NCBI GenBank assembly: GCA_903813345.2
Contig: CAIIXF020000001.1
Coordinates: 49,414,001 to 49,478,000 of the forward strand
Direction: 5' to 3'
DNA length: 64,000 nucleotides
DNA from: Owenia fusiformis
Lineage: Eukaryota
Below, in pieces: positions 38,577 to 52,267 of this stretch (within the stretch, counting starts at the first letter, position 1; the number at the start of each line of letters is the position of its first letter). The translations under genes and the position numbers were made by a program. Below the pieces are notes generated by a model. It had not been told where the DNA came from. It worked only from the letters and a program-made list of their open reading frames with translations, and did no database searches.

Positions 38577-39243
38577 GTGTTAGACAATCAAAAAATCCAT
38601 TTATTCTCTCATTTGGCCTTATTCTTAAGTATTCCCTCCATATATAATAAGTTTGGCCGATGCCTTATCTAGCGCCACCTACCTTTTGTCAGTTAATCAC
38701 AGGAAATTGAATAGAAATCCCCTTCTCTCATATCACGCAAATCATTTCTCCCTTGCATTCGTCTCAAATTCCAACATGGAAGAGATTCTAAGAAAATGAC
38801 GTCATCGACAAATGGACTCGTCGAAACGTAGGGGACAAGGTATGTATATATCAAACGCAGCCATCTTTCTTTACAATGGGGAGTTACAAGTATAGCTCCT
38901 CACTTTATGTGGTAAAGAAGAAATTATCAGACTTGGTCGTACATCTTCACCAGGCTCTCGAGAAGGAGATGACTGAACGAAGCCAAAATAAATGTCATTT
39001 TTCACCCCTGTTAGATAAACTCGCCCAATATTTGGAAATCTGACGTCAGTCAAACACAGGGCAATGAGAATTTTTCTGAAGAAAATAACTGACCTGTCCT
39101 TCAAAGTTTGTATCGATTTTGGAGTATTTCTGTTCCTAGCTATGAAATGGATAAAAACACTTGACCATAAAACTGTGATTCATCGAATGTAAGTAGGTAA
39201 ATGTAGCTTTTTCAGAAAATGGATTTTTTGATCGTCGAACAGC
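38577..39243. mobile_element. MITE-like TIR element
   Basis: gtgttagacaatcaaaaaatccattt / aaatggattttttgatcgtcgaacagc. Confidence 0.55.
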
Positions 39244-39652
39244 ATACTTTTTAGAGTGTAATTTATTTGGGATTATTGCTAAAAGGATGATCTTTGTGGA
39301 GAAATCAACCGATAGCCAGCGGGTACGCTGGCAAATTCAAACAATATTTGTTATTGAACTTGGAAAGAAGAAATGTAGACTAATGATTTGGGCTTGCCCA
39401 AAACTGAATACTTACTGTGATTGGAAGACCGTAGGCCTACAAACTTAAATGCACTAAGCTTAGGTGCAAATATAGTAAATCTACAACAACAACTTGAGAG
39501 TGGCAATGTAATATAGTACTGCAAGGCCTGGCATGGCCGTGCCAATGTAATATAGTATTGCAAGGCTTGGTATGACCGCCGTGGCAATGTGATATAGTAT
39601 TCCAAGTTTGGGTATGAGAGTGGTAATGTAGAAATTCATGATTGACCGTGAC

Positions 39653-40933
39653 CAGTGGCGTAGGAACAATGTACGCCAAAACGCCAGTGCGTAGTGTTGA
39701 AAAGTGAGAATAAAAAAAGACTTTTTAATTTTCCTATGTTCTTTAGTCATATTTTCTCATTGTTTAAATTGTAAAAGTAATCTCGAGCACACTAGCCTAA
39801 AGAAATGTTTTGTGGATACCATATCATTATTGGTCTGTCTGGCAAATATCATTTAACAGATTGAATTCCCTTACCAACATGCTTTATTTCATGAAAATCG
39901 AGCCACTGTTGACTGTCTTATAAATACAATTTCGCCAAATATTCGTGAATCGCGTTCTCTTCACGAATTTGAGAGGAAAACTGTTTTTTTTTCAAAAACT
40001 ACTTGATGAATACCTTTGACATTTTTTCTGCATTTTCCGTAATGCTTATGCTAACTATGGTTTCATATAATTATAATGATGAACCTCTTTAAAAGATGTA
40101 TATTTTTTTATTCTCCCCTACCCCAATTTTTCAATTTCACTATCGATTTATATTCCGTTGCTATGCAAAATCATTTTCTTACTAAATCACTAATTGTTAT
40201 TGGTAGTACTTTTTGAAATATGGATGTAAAGACAAAAACAACTTGAAAATGCTGATTATTCAATTACACGTTCCATTGATTTCAGTTCTAGAAAAGCGAT
40301 AACCTAGTTTTTTTCATTTGAAAAATAATAGATTCTTGTTTTATAACATTTTTTGGCATCCCTTTGTGGTGGGTGTGTTTATTTGTTTCATTGATCACGA
40401 ATGCGTTTCTTTATATCAATTGATCAAACTAGTTTCTTTAATCTGTACGTATTGTATTGCACGGTACACGATGGAATCCGACAATACTATATATCTTAAT
40501 TCAATTATTCGAAAATGATTAAAAAATCTCTAATTGTTTTTTGGAAATTGGTCGTCTCAATCGTTCGAGACATTAGCAAAGTGAGAATGATTTGTGTCGA
40601 GATTTAAAAGATAGGCTTTCCAAGGTGATTTTAAATGGTGAAAATCATTCGAACATTTTAAAGCACATTAAAAAGGTATCGGGATTCAAAGCTTGCATAT
40701 GAAATCGAAACGCCAACCTATATGTATGACCAATCGCCCATACAACTGCATCGCTTAAGTATTTCCGTTCACATTTAGGTTGTGTATATTGCAAGCTTAA
40801 AATCTCTATTACCATAAAATGACGTTTATGAGCATAATATAGGCGTTTTGATATAGAATATTGACACAATTGTTTCATATTTTTTGGCGGGACTTTTGGC
40901 GTAGTGTTGAATTTACACCTTCCTACGCCCCTG
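39653..40933. mobile_element. Non-autonomous hAT-like element with 5-bp TSD
   Basis: CAGTGGCGTAGGAA / TTCCTACGCCCCTG flanked by gtgac at 39648-39652 and 40934-40938. Confidence 0.75.
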
Positions 40934-41178
40934 GTGACAATGTGTATTTCAAAAGCTCGCATGACCGTGACAATGTATTATGGGATCGCAAAGTCTGGTA
41001 TGACCGTGACAATGTAATATAGTATTGCAAGGCCTGGGTATGAGGGTGGTAATGTAGAAATTTTGGCTTAGTCCTACTATGACCGTTATAATGTATTGCA
41101 ATGACTAGTAAATTTGTATGACATTAATGCCAGGAATATCCTTAACAATTTTAAGTGATCGTCATTACAATTAAACAG

Positions 41179-41786
41179 GGGGTCATTAACAGAACTTTTG
41201 CAAAGTTACGAATTCGTAATTCGTAACTTTATGAAATTCGTAAATATTTAAAAAGTTACGAATGATTTGCGAATTCATAAAGTTACGAATCGGCCATTAA
41301 CAGAACACTTTCGTAAGTCATTCATAAGTTTTATCGTTCGTAAACGAATTTCAAATTGTGACGTCATCTTATATCATTATTTAGCACAAATAAAAATATG
41401 ATGTCATTTGATATCATTGCGCGCTGTGATCAAACCTGTCTCCGCGATTTCAAAGATTCCCAGCTCAGCAACATGTTTGCTTATCATGTAAGAATAGGTA
41501 GATATTTTAGCTTGAAACTCAGCATGCATATAAAGAACAATTTCTTTTTGCCAACCTGTATACCTTACATAAGAATTGGACGAGAAATGTGCCATTCGCA
41601 AAGTTATGAAAGGGTCTGAGGTGCTATTAAAGTTACGAACGAAAGCATACGTGACGTCATTTTTTCGTAACTTTGCGAATCGTTCGTAACTTTACGAAAG
41701 TTCTGTTAATGCACATTTACCAAATTCTTAAAATTAACAATTGACTTGCGAATTCGTAACTTTACGAAAGTTATGTTAATGACCCC
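41179..41786. mobile_element. PIF/Harbinger-like MITE, 3-bp CAG TSD
   Basis: GGGGTCATTAACA / TGTTAATGACCCC; internal aagttacgaa repeats in both orientations. Confidence 0.8.
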
Positions 41787-42924
41787 CAGTTTAATACTAT
41801 GATCATGGTGTTTAATTACCTTAATCATGTCTAATTCAAAATTACTACTCTACATTAATATTCACATTCACTTATAAACGACAATAAAGTTTACAGACAC
41901 GCCAGGCTTCCACGATAACACTTCCAGGGTCATGACAGGCCTTGCAATATAAAACAACATTGTCACGGTTATACCAGCCTTTCACGGTTATACCAGGCTT
42001 ACACGATAACACTACCACGGTCATGGCAGGATCCTTGCGCTACTTAAAAACACTGATTAACATGGCAATGGTTGTGGCAGGCGTAAGTCTTGCAATAGAT
42101 AGCCTGCATGTAGACTGTATCCTTCGTCTGAATAAATATTCAGACTGTAAGTCACCTATTGTAAAATGTGGTGTTGTATAAATGTTACAAATAAGTTTGT
42201 TTAATGATAAAATGATTACCTTATAAAGAACTTACAATATTATTTTTTCGTATATTGTCCTCTTACTGAAGATATTCATAAAATATACAGACGCTTCTTG
42301 TACCGAAGCCATTGATTAGGTCAAGCCATTTTGGCAATGCCAATTCTCACGATAAACGAGATTTAGCCAGTGAGGTCAGTCTATTTGTAAACAAATAACA
42401 CGTGGAGCGGACGGAGCAACACTAGGAAGCGTATTGATAAATTCCATTTGTGCGGGTATTTATTAGATCTAGTCATTTATTATCATTATTCCGATTAATT
42501 TTCTTCATTTATAGTAAATAGAGCGGAAATATTCATGAAGAAGGCCGAGGTAATCAAGTGGTCATGTGTTATCAAAGTTCAAAATTTGCATATCTCGTTT
42601 GGATCTCGTGAACTCAAACGTCCTTGACATTGATTTCGCGATCTACTTATGAACACATCCTGAAGTTTTGGTGAGTCTGAACATTTCATTATTTTATATC
42701 AACTTGTACCCGCCTTATACAAATATTTTTGCTTCTAGTTTAAGATGAACATCTCTTCAACATATTCACCAATTTTCAAGGTGAACATTCTTGTAATAAA
42801 CGAGAAATTAATGTGCAAAAAATATCACCGCGATTTCCACAGGAAATATATCAATCATAACAGACCGAATATTATATTCGGTCTGTTGGATACATACTAG
42901 CCTAGCATGTGAACAACTTTGTGA

Positions 42925-43581
42925 TCTAGAGTCAATACGTCCAAATCCAAACAGGGGGGTAAACACGAACGGGTTCCAAATAATGGCAAGCAGATCATTG
43001 AATTGAATAATAGTACCTCTACTACCTCTACATAATATTTATAGCCTGAAAGATACAATATAATGATGTATACCAACAATCTTACAATAAAATAATCAAT
43101 TATGATGATTTAGGTGTTCGGAATTACCCCCATGCTAGTGTTTGGAATTACCCCCACAAACTCTGTGCGTTTAAATAAATAGATGTCAGGAATAAATGAT
43201 TTAAATTTGGGTTTCTTGATATGCAGGGGTGACAGGATCCAGTATCATAAGTTAAGGGTATCATATAATGATATACCATCAATCTAATAATTAAAACAAT
43301 TAAGTTTAAGTTAAGTGTTTGGAATTACCCCCATGCAAGTGTTCGGATTTACCCCCCAAAAAAACTCCTGTTCGGAATTACCCCCCTAAAATACCTTGTA
43401 TTAAAAATGGAATAACCCAGATATTTTTTACAATTTTTCGTAATTTTTTCTGCAAATGCATTCTACAGTGGATAATACACATAATATATATAAAATCATA
43501 GCATAGATGTGCAGTACAGCCAAGCTAGTCTAACTACATTTTTTGATGGGGGTGTTTGGAAATAGACGTACTGACTCTAGA
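42925..43581. mobile_element. MITE-like TIR element with internal ggaattacccc repeats
   Basis: tctagagtcaatacgtc..tccaaaca / tgtttggaaatagacgtactgactctaga; TSD not clear. Confidence 0.55.
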
Positions 43582-43630
43582 CTTTAGATGGCAAAATGAA
43601 GAAACTCAGTTTACAAAGACAAACTCTTAC

Positions 43631-43652
43631 CTTTCCTCTTTGTTATACGCAT
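43631..43652 (-). CDS. GLT8D1: GT8 family glycosyltransferase (GLT8D1/2-like), coding exon 1 (MRITKRK-)
   Basis: gagcaccATG CGT ATA ACA AAG AGG AAA G|gtaag on the minus strand. Phase 1 joins exon 2 to give MRITKRKVALFLFGAFW, a type II membrane N-terminus. Confidence 0.75.
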
Positions 43653-43699
43653 GGTGCTCTGCTTTCTTAAAAGATCCGAAGTATCATTTTACTCGAAAT

Positions 43700-44100
43700 T
43701 CTCCATGGTATATCATGGAAATAAGTAACAATCGGAATCTCAAGTCAGAAGAAAGTTTCACGAATTCAAGCTAACTACGCTACATACAGATTGGTATTAT
43801 TTTATTTCAAAGAAATGAAACCAGAAATACACCACTGAAATCCAATAACAGATAACATTATTTATTTAATCTTATTCTTCAATTTACTTTCTTAATTAAG
43901 AAGCCAAAATGGCACGAAATAGAGAAACCAAACAACACACCAGTACCGGAAACGACTACCATAATGTGCTGCTCCAGTCAAAATAAAAAAGTAAAAACTT
44001 TCAAATACACTTGTAAGATTTTTCGACGATTTTTCGACTTGTAGCGCCAAATATAATGCAAATACATTTGCAAAAGTAGTATCCTGTAGTATTTGTGTGA
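43700..44100. promoter_or_regulatory. Candidate GLT8D1 promoter, possibly bidirectional
   Basis: Just upstream of the GLT8D1 ATG; YY1-like CAAAATGGC (43905), ETS-like ACCGGAA (43945), ACTACCAT motif (43955). Confidence 0.4.
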
Positions 44101-45088
44101 GTAGAATATTTCTAACTCCATACTTTTAGTAGACGGTGAACACCGCCTCTAATGCGTTGGATTGTCGTTTGGACTTGCATTGTTGGGGCCAACACGATCC
44201 TCAGAGACCCAGAGGGTGCATGAATGCACCTATACTTTTAGGTACAGCTGGAAAAACATTTTGGTAAAAAATTGCTCTAAAGTCTGTTACAGTCTGTTAC
44301 ACTTCACTACCAAAAGTCAATTGAAAATTATCCTCTAACTAGATCTAATTTGCATTTTTCGATCTCAAATGTCATAATTCAAAGCATAAATGTCGGTCTT
44401 ATATTTCAAATACACCTTCTACTTACATTTGATAATATCGTTTATCAAACATATGCATCGTAGAATAGAATGAATTGCAGCGAGAATTGGTGTGGAAAAT
44501 TTAAATCGTCGATTCTCTGCCAGATTACGCTCTGATACATTGATTCCGATCCATTGATTGGTCAATGCACTGTGCACCGGAAAAAACGACTTTTGTTTCA
44601 ATTACGTTGTCACCCCACATTTTTAACATGGAAATAGGAGGGGTTATTTATCGTAATCATGTCTGAATTTCTTGCTTTTGAGGCATAACATCGTAAACAA
44701 AGGATGCTTATTTCGAGTCTTGAACCTTCATGAATCTTTAATTTTACACATTTGTCTGAATAAACGCATTCTAAAATGTGGTTTTGTAAGATATCAAGCT
44801 CCGGTTTCTGAGAAAATTGCCACTCAAATTGGAGTAAATGTCTGTTTTGATGACGTCAATTTAATACGTTTTAGACAATATATGTGAGTGTGTGCAGTTA
44901 CACTTTTACCTGATATATTCGTGATTTAAATTAAAGGAGCTGTGCAGATAAATCACATTTTTAAGATTAATCAATTTCATTTTTGTTTTTACTTCCTTGT
45001 CGGCCATATTGTTTTTTAAGGTAACCAATCAAATCAAAGGATTCAACAAAATGGTGCATATGAAATTTACCATTGACTTTTGGTAGTG

Positions 45089-45467
45089 CACTGCTTCAAA
45101 GGCAAGCAGTTGAACCTGAAAAATAAGAAATCGATAGCCCATTGTGGCATAATATATAGAAAAATATATTCATTTTGCACACGAATGACATTTGTATATT
45201 TCAGATTATTTAGTGTTTAGTGCAATAAGCCTGTGCCCTCTTGTAATTTGAGGTCTGTCCGCCATGTTATTTTTTGAGAATTAACATGGTAGAGATTAGA
45301 GAAGCATCAAAATATAAGAGGTTACAGACTTTATGAGCCAGTTTGCAAGCAACCCAACATGTCATTCGTGGTGTGCAATATGAATATGTTTTTCTATATA
45401 TTTTTGCAGAATATTATTTAGATTTCTTATATTTCAGGTTAAACTGCTTGCCAAATTGATGCAGTGT
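45089..45467. mobile_element. Long-TIR MITE
   Basis: cactgc..ggcaagcagttgaacctgaaaaataagaaatc / gatttcttatatttcaggttaaactgcttgcc..gcagtg. Confidence 0.65.
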
Positions 45468-48069
45468 AACAGACTTATAATAAAAAAATTTGAACCAAGA
45501 TAACAGAGTTCTGTTTTGACCTCCAGTCAGTTTAACGAGTTGCACATATCATTTACATGACCGGGATCACAATGTACATGGTCAGAATGACCCTAAACAT
45601 GATGAAATAACTTTTTCAGCCTTCTGAAAATAAGACTGAAAAATAGCTTAGGAAAGGTCACCGAACAGAACCTTATGAATTTTTCAGAAAATGTGCCAGA
45701 TGAATTGCTCTAAATGATACAATCTTTGAAATTTTAGAAAATTGTCTGAAACAAAAAAAATGTCATAATAGGGAAAATAAATCGCTTTTTAATTCGATTT
45801 TTTTCATTTTTTTCTTTTTCTATGAATGATATCAAATTTTCAAAGATTGTATCGTTTAGAGCAATTTAGCTTGTGCGCTTCTACCCCATTTTGTTCCTTA
45901 CTCACTCCGTCACTTCTCAAGCTAGAGTGGTAGAAACACTTAGATGTTAAAATACATTTGAACCCTTGGTATACATATATGCTTAGTCAGTTAGTTTCTT
46001 GAGGAACCTCCAAAGATTTATTCATCATATTAAAAGAAATTGCAGAAGGCTTTCAATTTTTCAAAAATATTTTTGAAATCCATTCATTATGAAAATGGAT
46101 GGCAAAATTAAAAATATGGACTTTTGGCCCATCCTGTAGTTTATTATTTTTAATAATTCTGATACAACTTTATTTTCATTTTCAGTCAGATTACGGAGAA
46201 TTTGTTGTTACTTAAGGACTAGAAAAAGGTAAGAATCAGTTTGTGAAGTTGATGACATAGATTCAAAGAATTATTAATGGTCTTGCATCCAGTCTTGTAT
46301 CTCCCCTGTTAAAAAAAGTAATAAATAAACCAATACATATACCTTTTACAAATCTTTCAAAAGTAGGGCTCAAGGTAAAGGATCTTCACAGACATTCATG
46401 AAACATATACAATATGATAAAAACATACATTTAGATGCAACAAATCCCATTTGTCATAACTTGATGTAAAACAAAGTGATGAAATACAAATAAGAATGGT
46501 TGGAATGTTCAGAGTAACTTCAACTTCTGCCCTATGAAAAGAAAATCAAAAATGTACAAATTACCAAAAAGAATCACCAGGAATCAAGCACAGATCCCTT
46601 GGTTGTTGGTATGGCAGTGTGGGAATTAAGCATTTTTTGTGCCTGGACAAATTTGTCCAGTCACTTTGAAACACTCCAGACAAATTTTCTTTAACTGGTC
46701 AAAATTTTGACCCTACAGTTTGAAAACACACTCGACAATTTTTGTACTTGGTCTATGTATTAAAAATAAAAAATATATACATAGATACAGAGATGAGGGG
46801 AGGGCTATAAAATGATTGAAATGGTTAACCATCGAATTCTACATTTTGCATTGTTTCATTTGTCGGCAACTTCATCCTCAGAAGAAGGCCAATTTACGGT
46901 ATATTCTTTCATTTGATGTGTAAACAAAATTCATCGTCTCATGTCTCAGCAAAATCTAGCTGGACAATTTTAACCACACAGTTTGTGTAGACAAGTTTCT
47001 TTTCAGACTTGACATTTGTCTGTTCTCTGGTGCTCATTATCTTGGTAAGCCACGTCATCTCCATCTCTATCCTTCTGCGATGCAACAGAGAGAGATGCTA
47101 TGAGTATCAGAATGGGTGCTCATTTCCCACATTGGTATAGTGTTCTCCAACTTGAACTATACTAAGTTTGTGAGTGAAATGTTTTCTAAAGGAGAACCCC
47201 AGATAAGGAGAGCTTTTTAGAAGGACAATTTTTTATTCTGGATGTGGTCATCATGGAAGTTTAACACTGCATCAGAGATGATCTTAGATATTAGGTGATC
47301 TTAGATATTCCCAAAAATAACTTGTGTGATATAAAAATTGCTTTTTAAGAACATTTTTTGCAAGGCAATGAACTCGTTTTTTAAGATTAGACTCTTTATT
47401 TGTGGTTAAAATCTGTGTATGGCCTGATGGGATAGGAGCAAAGTGTCATAGTTGTAAGATACCTATTTATCTTAACTCTTAAAAAATAAAAATAAATCAA
47501 TGGGCGTTTCCCTAGAAATATGTTTTTGAGACCTTTTCCACTCATGAGAATGATGGAATAATGGAACCAATTCGTAAAAAATTCTTATAATATATTTCTG
47601 GTGGAGCGCCCATCTATTGCTTTACGAAAACTAAGACTTTGCTTCATTATGTTACTTAGCCAATAGCCACATTCTATTTTGCTCGTACAGTAATGGGAAA
47701 ATTATTGATTTTAAGCAATATGTAACGGTTAAATATGGAAAATTGAATTTTATCGCTTCACAAAAACTGTTCTTCAAACGCACGTTTTAATAATTCGAAG
47801 AAAATGTTTCAGGATGTATAAATTCATCTCATTTCTAAAAGTATGATAAAATTTCATGATGATCACTTCCAGAATAAAATAGTTGTGTCCTTCTTAAAAA
47901 GGTTCTCCTTTCTACTGTTAAAAAGTTAATCTCGATTTAGATCTTGCTGCAGAAAACATTGTCAAGCCACATCATAGACTCATGGGTCAAAAGGACAAAC
48001 CTTTTGAATGATACCATACAAACTTTTGCAATGTGTTAAAAGAAGTTAAGCACATGACTCAAAGAATTT

Positions 48070-48947
48070 TTAATGAGTTATGACACTACAAACATTTCTG
48101 TACATTAATTTGAAATGCAGTCTGAATATATTTATATCCAGCATGATGATAAACACAATCATGGATATAATAAGGAACAGTGCTGTTCCACCTATAAAGG
48201 TTGCTCCTGTAGCTTCTTCAGATGTATACTCAATTGCTTTTATTGGTCTATAAATTGTAGATGTAGTACTTCGTAATTGTATATATTTGGGATGAATAAC
48301 AATATTCATACTTATTGCATTACTTGTTGGGTCTATTGTAGCATCTGTATACTCAATTATAGTTTGTTCACTTGTAATTTGCTCAGTTGTAGTTTGCTCA
48401 GTTGTAGTTTGTTCTGTTGTTGTTTGCTCAGTTGTAGTTTGTTCTGCTGTAAATTGTTCACTTGTAGTTTGCTCAGTTGTAGTTTGCTCAATTGTAGTTT
48501 GTTCTGTTGTAGTTTGTTCTGTTGTAGTTTGCTCAGTTGTAGTTTGCTCAGTTGTAGATTGTTCAGTTGTAGTTTGCTCAGTTGTGGTTTGCTCTGTTGT
48601 AGTTGTCTCTGTTGTAATTTGCTCAGTTGTAGTTTGTTCTGTTGTAGTTTGCTCAGTTGTAGTTTGTTCTGTTGTAGTTTGTTCACTTGTAGTTTGCTCA
48701 GTTGTAGTTTGCTCAGTTGTAGATTGTTCAGTTGTAGTTTGCTCAGTTGTGGTTTGCTCAGTTGTAGTTGTCTCTGTTGTAGTTTGTTCACTTGTAGTTT
48801 GCTCAGTTGTAGTTTGTTCTGTTGTAGTTTGCTCAGTTGTGGTTTGCTCAGTTGTAGTTGTCTCTGTTGTAATTTGCTCAGTTGTAGTTTGTTCTGTTGT
48901 AATTTGCTCAGTGGTAGTTTGTTCAGTTGTTGCATCACACACTATTG
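48070..48947 (-). CDS. Membrane C-type lectin/mucin, exon 3 (TTTEQ stalk, TM helix, short tail); spliced product ~430 aa
   Basis: tttcag acceptor, phase 1; ~38 15-bp repeats; TM GGTALFLIISMIVFIIMLDI; TAA at 48070-48072. Confidence 0.87.
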
Positions 48948-50169
48948 CTGAAAGCAGAATTAGTAAAAATGTTATCGGACTCCTAACACATTTCTCTGTT
49001 CATGTATATACTGTATATGATAAACTTTAGCAACAATTTTAACCTTAAATAAACAACAATAGTGGATTGTTTCTGATATAATATTCATGGCATTGAAGCA
49101 GAACATATGCCATTGCTGTTTATAGATAAATAATAAAGCAATAGATCACTAAAACAATTTCCTTCTTTACACAAACTTTATTTTGAAAACACAGAACATT
49201 TCGGATCACATTTGGATCCTCTATCAAAGACTTTTCATATGACTTTATTTCCTTCAGTGTAACAATTAATGGACAGGACAAGTTGTTTTAGTGATTTCAA
49301 AATCCAACCTGTCGGTCTGTGATGAATAAATCAATAGGTCTAACTGACACTATATAATAATCTTTTGGTAGTGTTGATCATTGCTTGATAATTTTTAAGT
49401 TTATTATTTCTTACATATACATAGATAGTGTCAGCTTGACACTAATATAATATAAACAAATCTTCAGTTTTATTTTTGTTGAATATCTGTGGCACCTTCA
49501 CAAGATGATATTCCACTTGGGCTTCTTGGAATATCTGCACATGTATTCACCTCAGTAGAATGAAATATTTGTATAATATATTCATTTCACTGGTCAAATT
49601 ACCTTATCCAATTCCAGGACTATATAATCCTGGTATTGGATAAAAATTACCCAGATGTGAGTAGATAGTTTCCAGTTTCACCACCACCTAGAACTCACAT
49701 TTTCAAAGAAAATCAATGTTTAAAATATGATTTAACAAAATTGAGGATAGGTTAGCATGACAGTATTATTATAAAACAAATATTCCGTTCTATTTTTGGT
49801 GAATACCTGTGACACTATGTCATATAAGAAAATCTCCATTTATGATTAGCTTAATCCGACATTTACAGCCGTATAATACATAAAGGTTATTTACTGGGAG
49901 GGATTGAATATGGGTTTTATTCCGAGGAACAATATGATAGTGACCGAGGGAGCGCAGCCTAGGAAAACAGTTGTATTATGGAATAAAGAAGCTGTATTAC
50001 ATGTTACATGCTGATTTCCATTTGTTCAAAAACGATATTATTTATATCATCGGTTTTCAACTAGAATCTAATTAATAGCCCATGTTTACATGTACATTTA
50101 TTTTTACTGCATTTCGTGATACTTTTCACATGAATAGTGAAAATAATATGATTAACAATGTCTACTTAC

Positions 50170-50381
50170 TTGTTTCTTCACATACAAAGTAATTCTTTAC
50201 CAAACATGATCCAGTCTCCCAATCTTCATCTGAAGCCAAAACTAGACAGGCTTCTTCTTCTACAGTTTCTAGGGTTTGGTCTACATATGAGACATTGCAA
50301 CCACTCACATCTACCATCATGTTGATTTGATTCCATTCAAATCCACTGGGTTTCTTCAGTCCCAAAAAGATCATTACTTCT
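50170..50381 (-). CDS. Membrane C-type lectin/mucin, exon 2 (CTLD core)
   Basis: IFLGL (WIGL-like), ACLVL...WETGSC...YFVCE; ttgcag/gtaag boundaries. Confidence 0.87.
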
Positions 50382-50832
50382 CTGCAAGTAGATGGAGTTT
50401 CTTTTAACTGCTGATGTTTGATAGCAACATATATTTTTTAATGATATGAGATGATGTTATTGGAAATATGAATATTTCGTATATTAAAAAATTGATATCG
50501 GTACATAAAAGAAATAATAGTAACAGTGTGTAAACATTCTTTTCATAGGACCATTCAGGGCACTTTTTTCATATTGTCACATTGCATTATAAAAATTCAT
50601 TTTTTACAATGACATTGAAAAAACATTTAAGTCAAGACTACTTAATTTTTATCTCAACAAATCTAAATCTTTATCATTTGAAGAATTGGAATACCATTTC
50701 AATGGTATTGGAATACCATTTCAATGGTATATTCAAATATTTCGACAAACACATAGTGTTATTGTGACCAGTGTCTGCTCAACTAAACATAAATAAAATG
50801 TTTGAAAGCATGAAATAAAAGTTGTGACATAC

Positions 50833-51035
50833 CCGAATGCAGCTTCTTTGACACTGATAAGTATATTGTTTTCACTCTGTGATTGTGGCAAAGCTATACG
50901 TCCATTAATGGCGCAATGATCTTTGGCGTCATCAAAAGTCATCCTTTTTGGCCCAGGAATATAAGTTACCCCAGTGCACTTGCCAAGAATTGTAGATGTA
51001 ATAATTAACCCAGTTATCAAACCGATGATCTCCAT
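50833..51035 (-). CDS. Membrane C-type lectin/mucin, exon 1 (signal peptide and CTLD start)
   Basis: Hydrophobic N-terminus; MTFDDAKDHCAINGRIALPQSQSEN; gtatgt donor, phase 2. Confidence 0.85.
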
Positions 51036-51524
51036 ATTAAAAAGAAATGAAGTCTAATTGGTAGAGCTTAATGCTTTATATGATATTCAAGTTCACATTT
51101 GGTGTTACTGGGCATAGATCCTAGCAAGATTCTTTTGTAGCATGATCAGAAACTCAATAAATACTGTACTCCCAGTTAATTAATCAGACACTTTGTTCAA
51201 GTAGAGCTTTCAAATTGATGTTCATAGTTGCTGTATGTGCAACATATGACCTCTGAAGATTTCAAAGTTTTTGGAATTACAGTTTAAAAGGAACTTTCTC
51301 GTGTATAAAGTCAATGACAGGTTTTGTGATTGAAAATTGTTTTAAAATTGTTTTACACTTTCTCCTACTTCCAACCAATGTACAATATGCTCCTACTAGG
51401 GACCTGGGCTGAACTTGGTGGGAAAATGATTTATTAGGTGAAAGGTAAAAATGTAGGTTAAATTTAAGTTTTAAGGTCCTCAAAGTGTGTCCTTTTACTT
51501 CATTATTTATTGTGATGAATTAAA

Positions 51525-52267
51525 TTGTTATCCCATCGAACGAAGTTTGGAGGGATATAGGGAACGCCTCCGTCTGTCCGTCCGTCCGTCCGTCCGTCCG
51601 TACGTACATCCGTACGTCCGTCCGTCCGTCCGTCCGTCTGTCCGTCCGGGCAATAACTCAAATACCGTTGGCCCGATTTTGTTCATATTTTGTACACATA
51701 TACCCTATGGGGGTAGAAGTTCTGCTCGAAAGCCAATTTTCAAAATGGCTGCTCATTTCAAAATGGCGGCCATTTTAGTGACGATTTTACAGTAATTTAG
51801 GTGCAGTATGTAAAACTGTAATAGCAATATGTTTTAAATGTAAAAAAATTATAAAGGACATTAATAATGCTACAAATGTAGATATTAAAGAAGCACATGG
51901 CAGCCATCTTGAAAAATGGCGGCCTTTACTCGTCATTTTACGATTTTTGCTGTAACTCAAAAAGTAGTGGAGCAATTTTGTTCATATTTGGTATGCGAAT
52001 ACTATAAGCATTGTACACATTTTGAAAAATGGCCACCATTTTTATGTGTGTTATTTTTTTATGTGTGCGATTTTTCAAAAATTTTAGAGGTTGCTACTTA
52101 AAAGCATATTATTTCTTCTGATGACAACTTGGCTAGTGAGGAACCATTTTGAAAATGGTGGCCTTTCTGGTGTGTTGTTTTATGATATTTGCGCTTCGTT
52201 TGTAAAAATGCCAGCCATTTCTGTTCGATGGGATTCGCTACGCTTTGGCGTTGCCGTTGTTCTGGTT
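51525..52267 (+). mobile_element. HINE-like element with (CCGT)n microsatellite
   Basis: ttatcccatcgaac 5' subTIR; 3' gttcgatgggatt + hairpin + CTGGTT. Confidence 0.78.

Noticed and set aside
48277..49030. Cys-rich, Val-rich and Gln/Leu-rich ORFs over the 15-bp repeat
   Set aside because: These are alternative frames of the TTTEQ exon; only that frame splices to the lectin exons and ends in a TM helix
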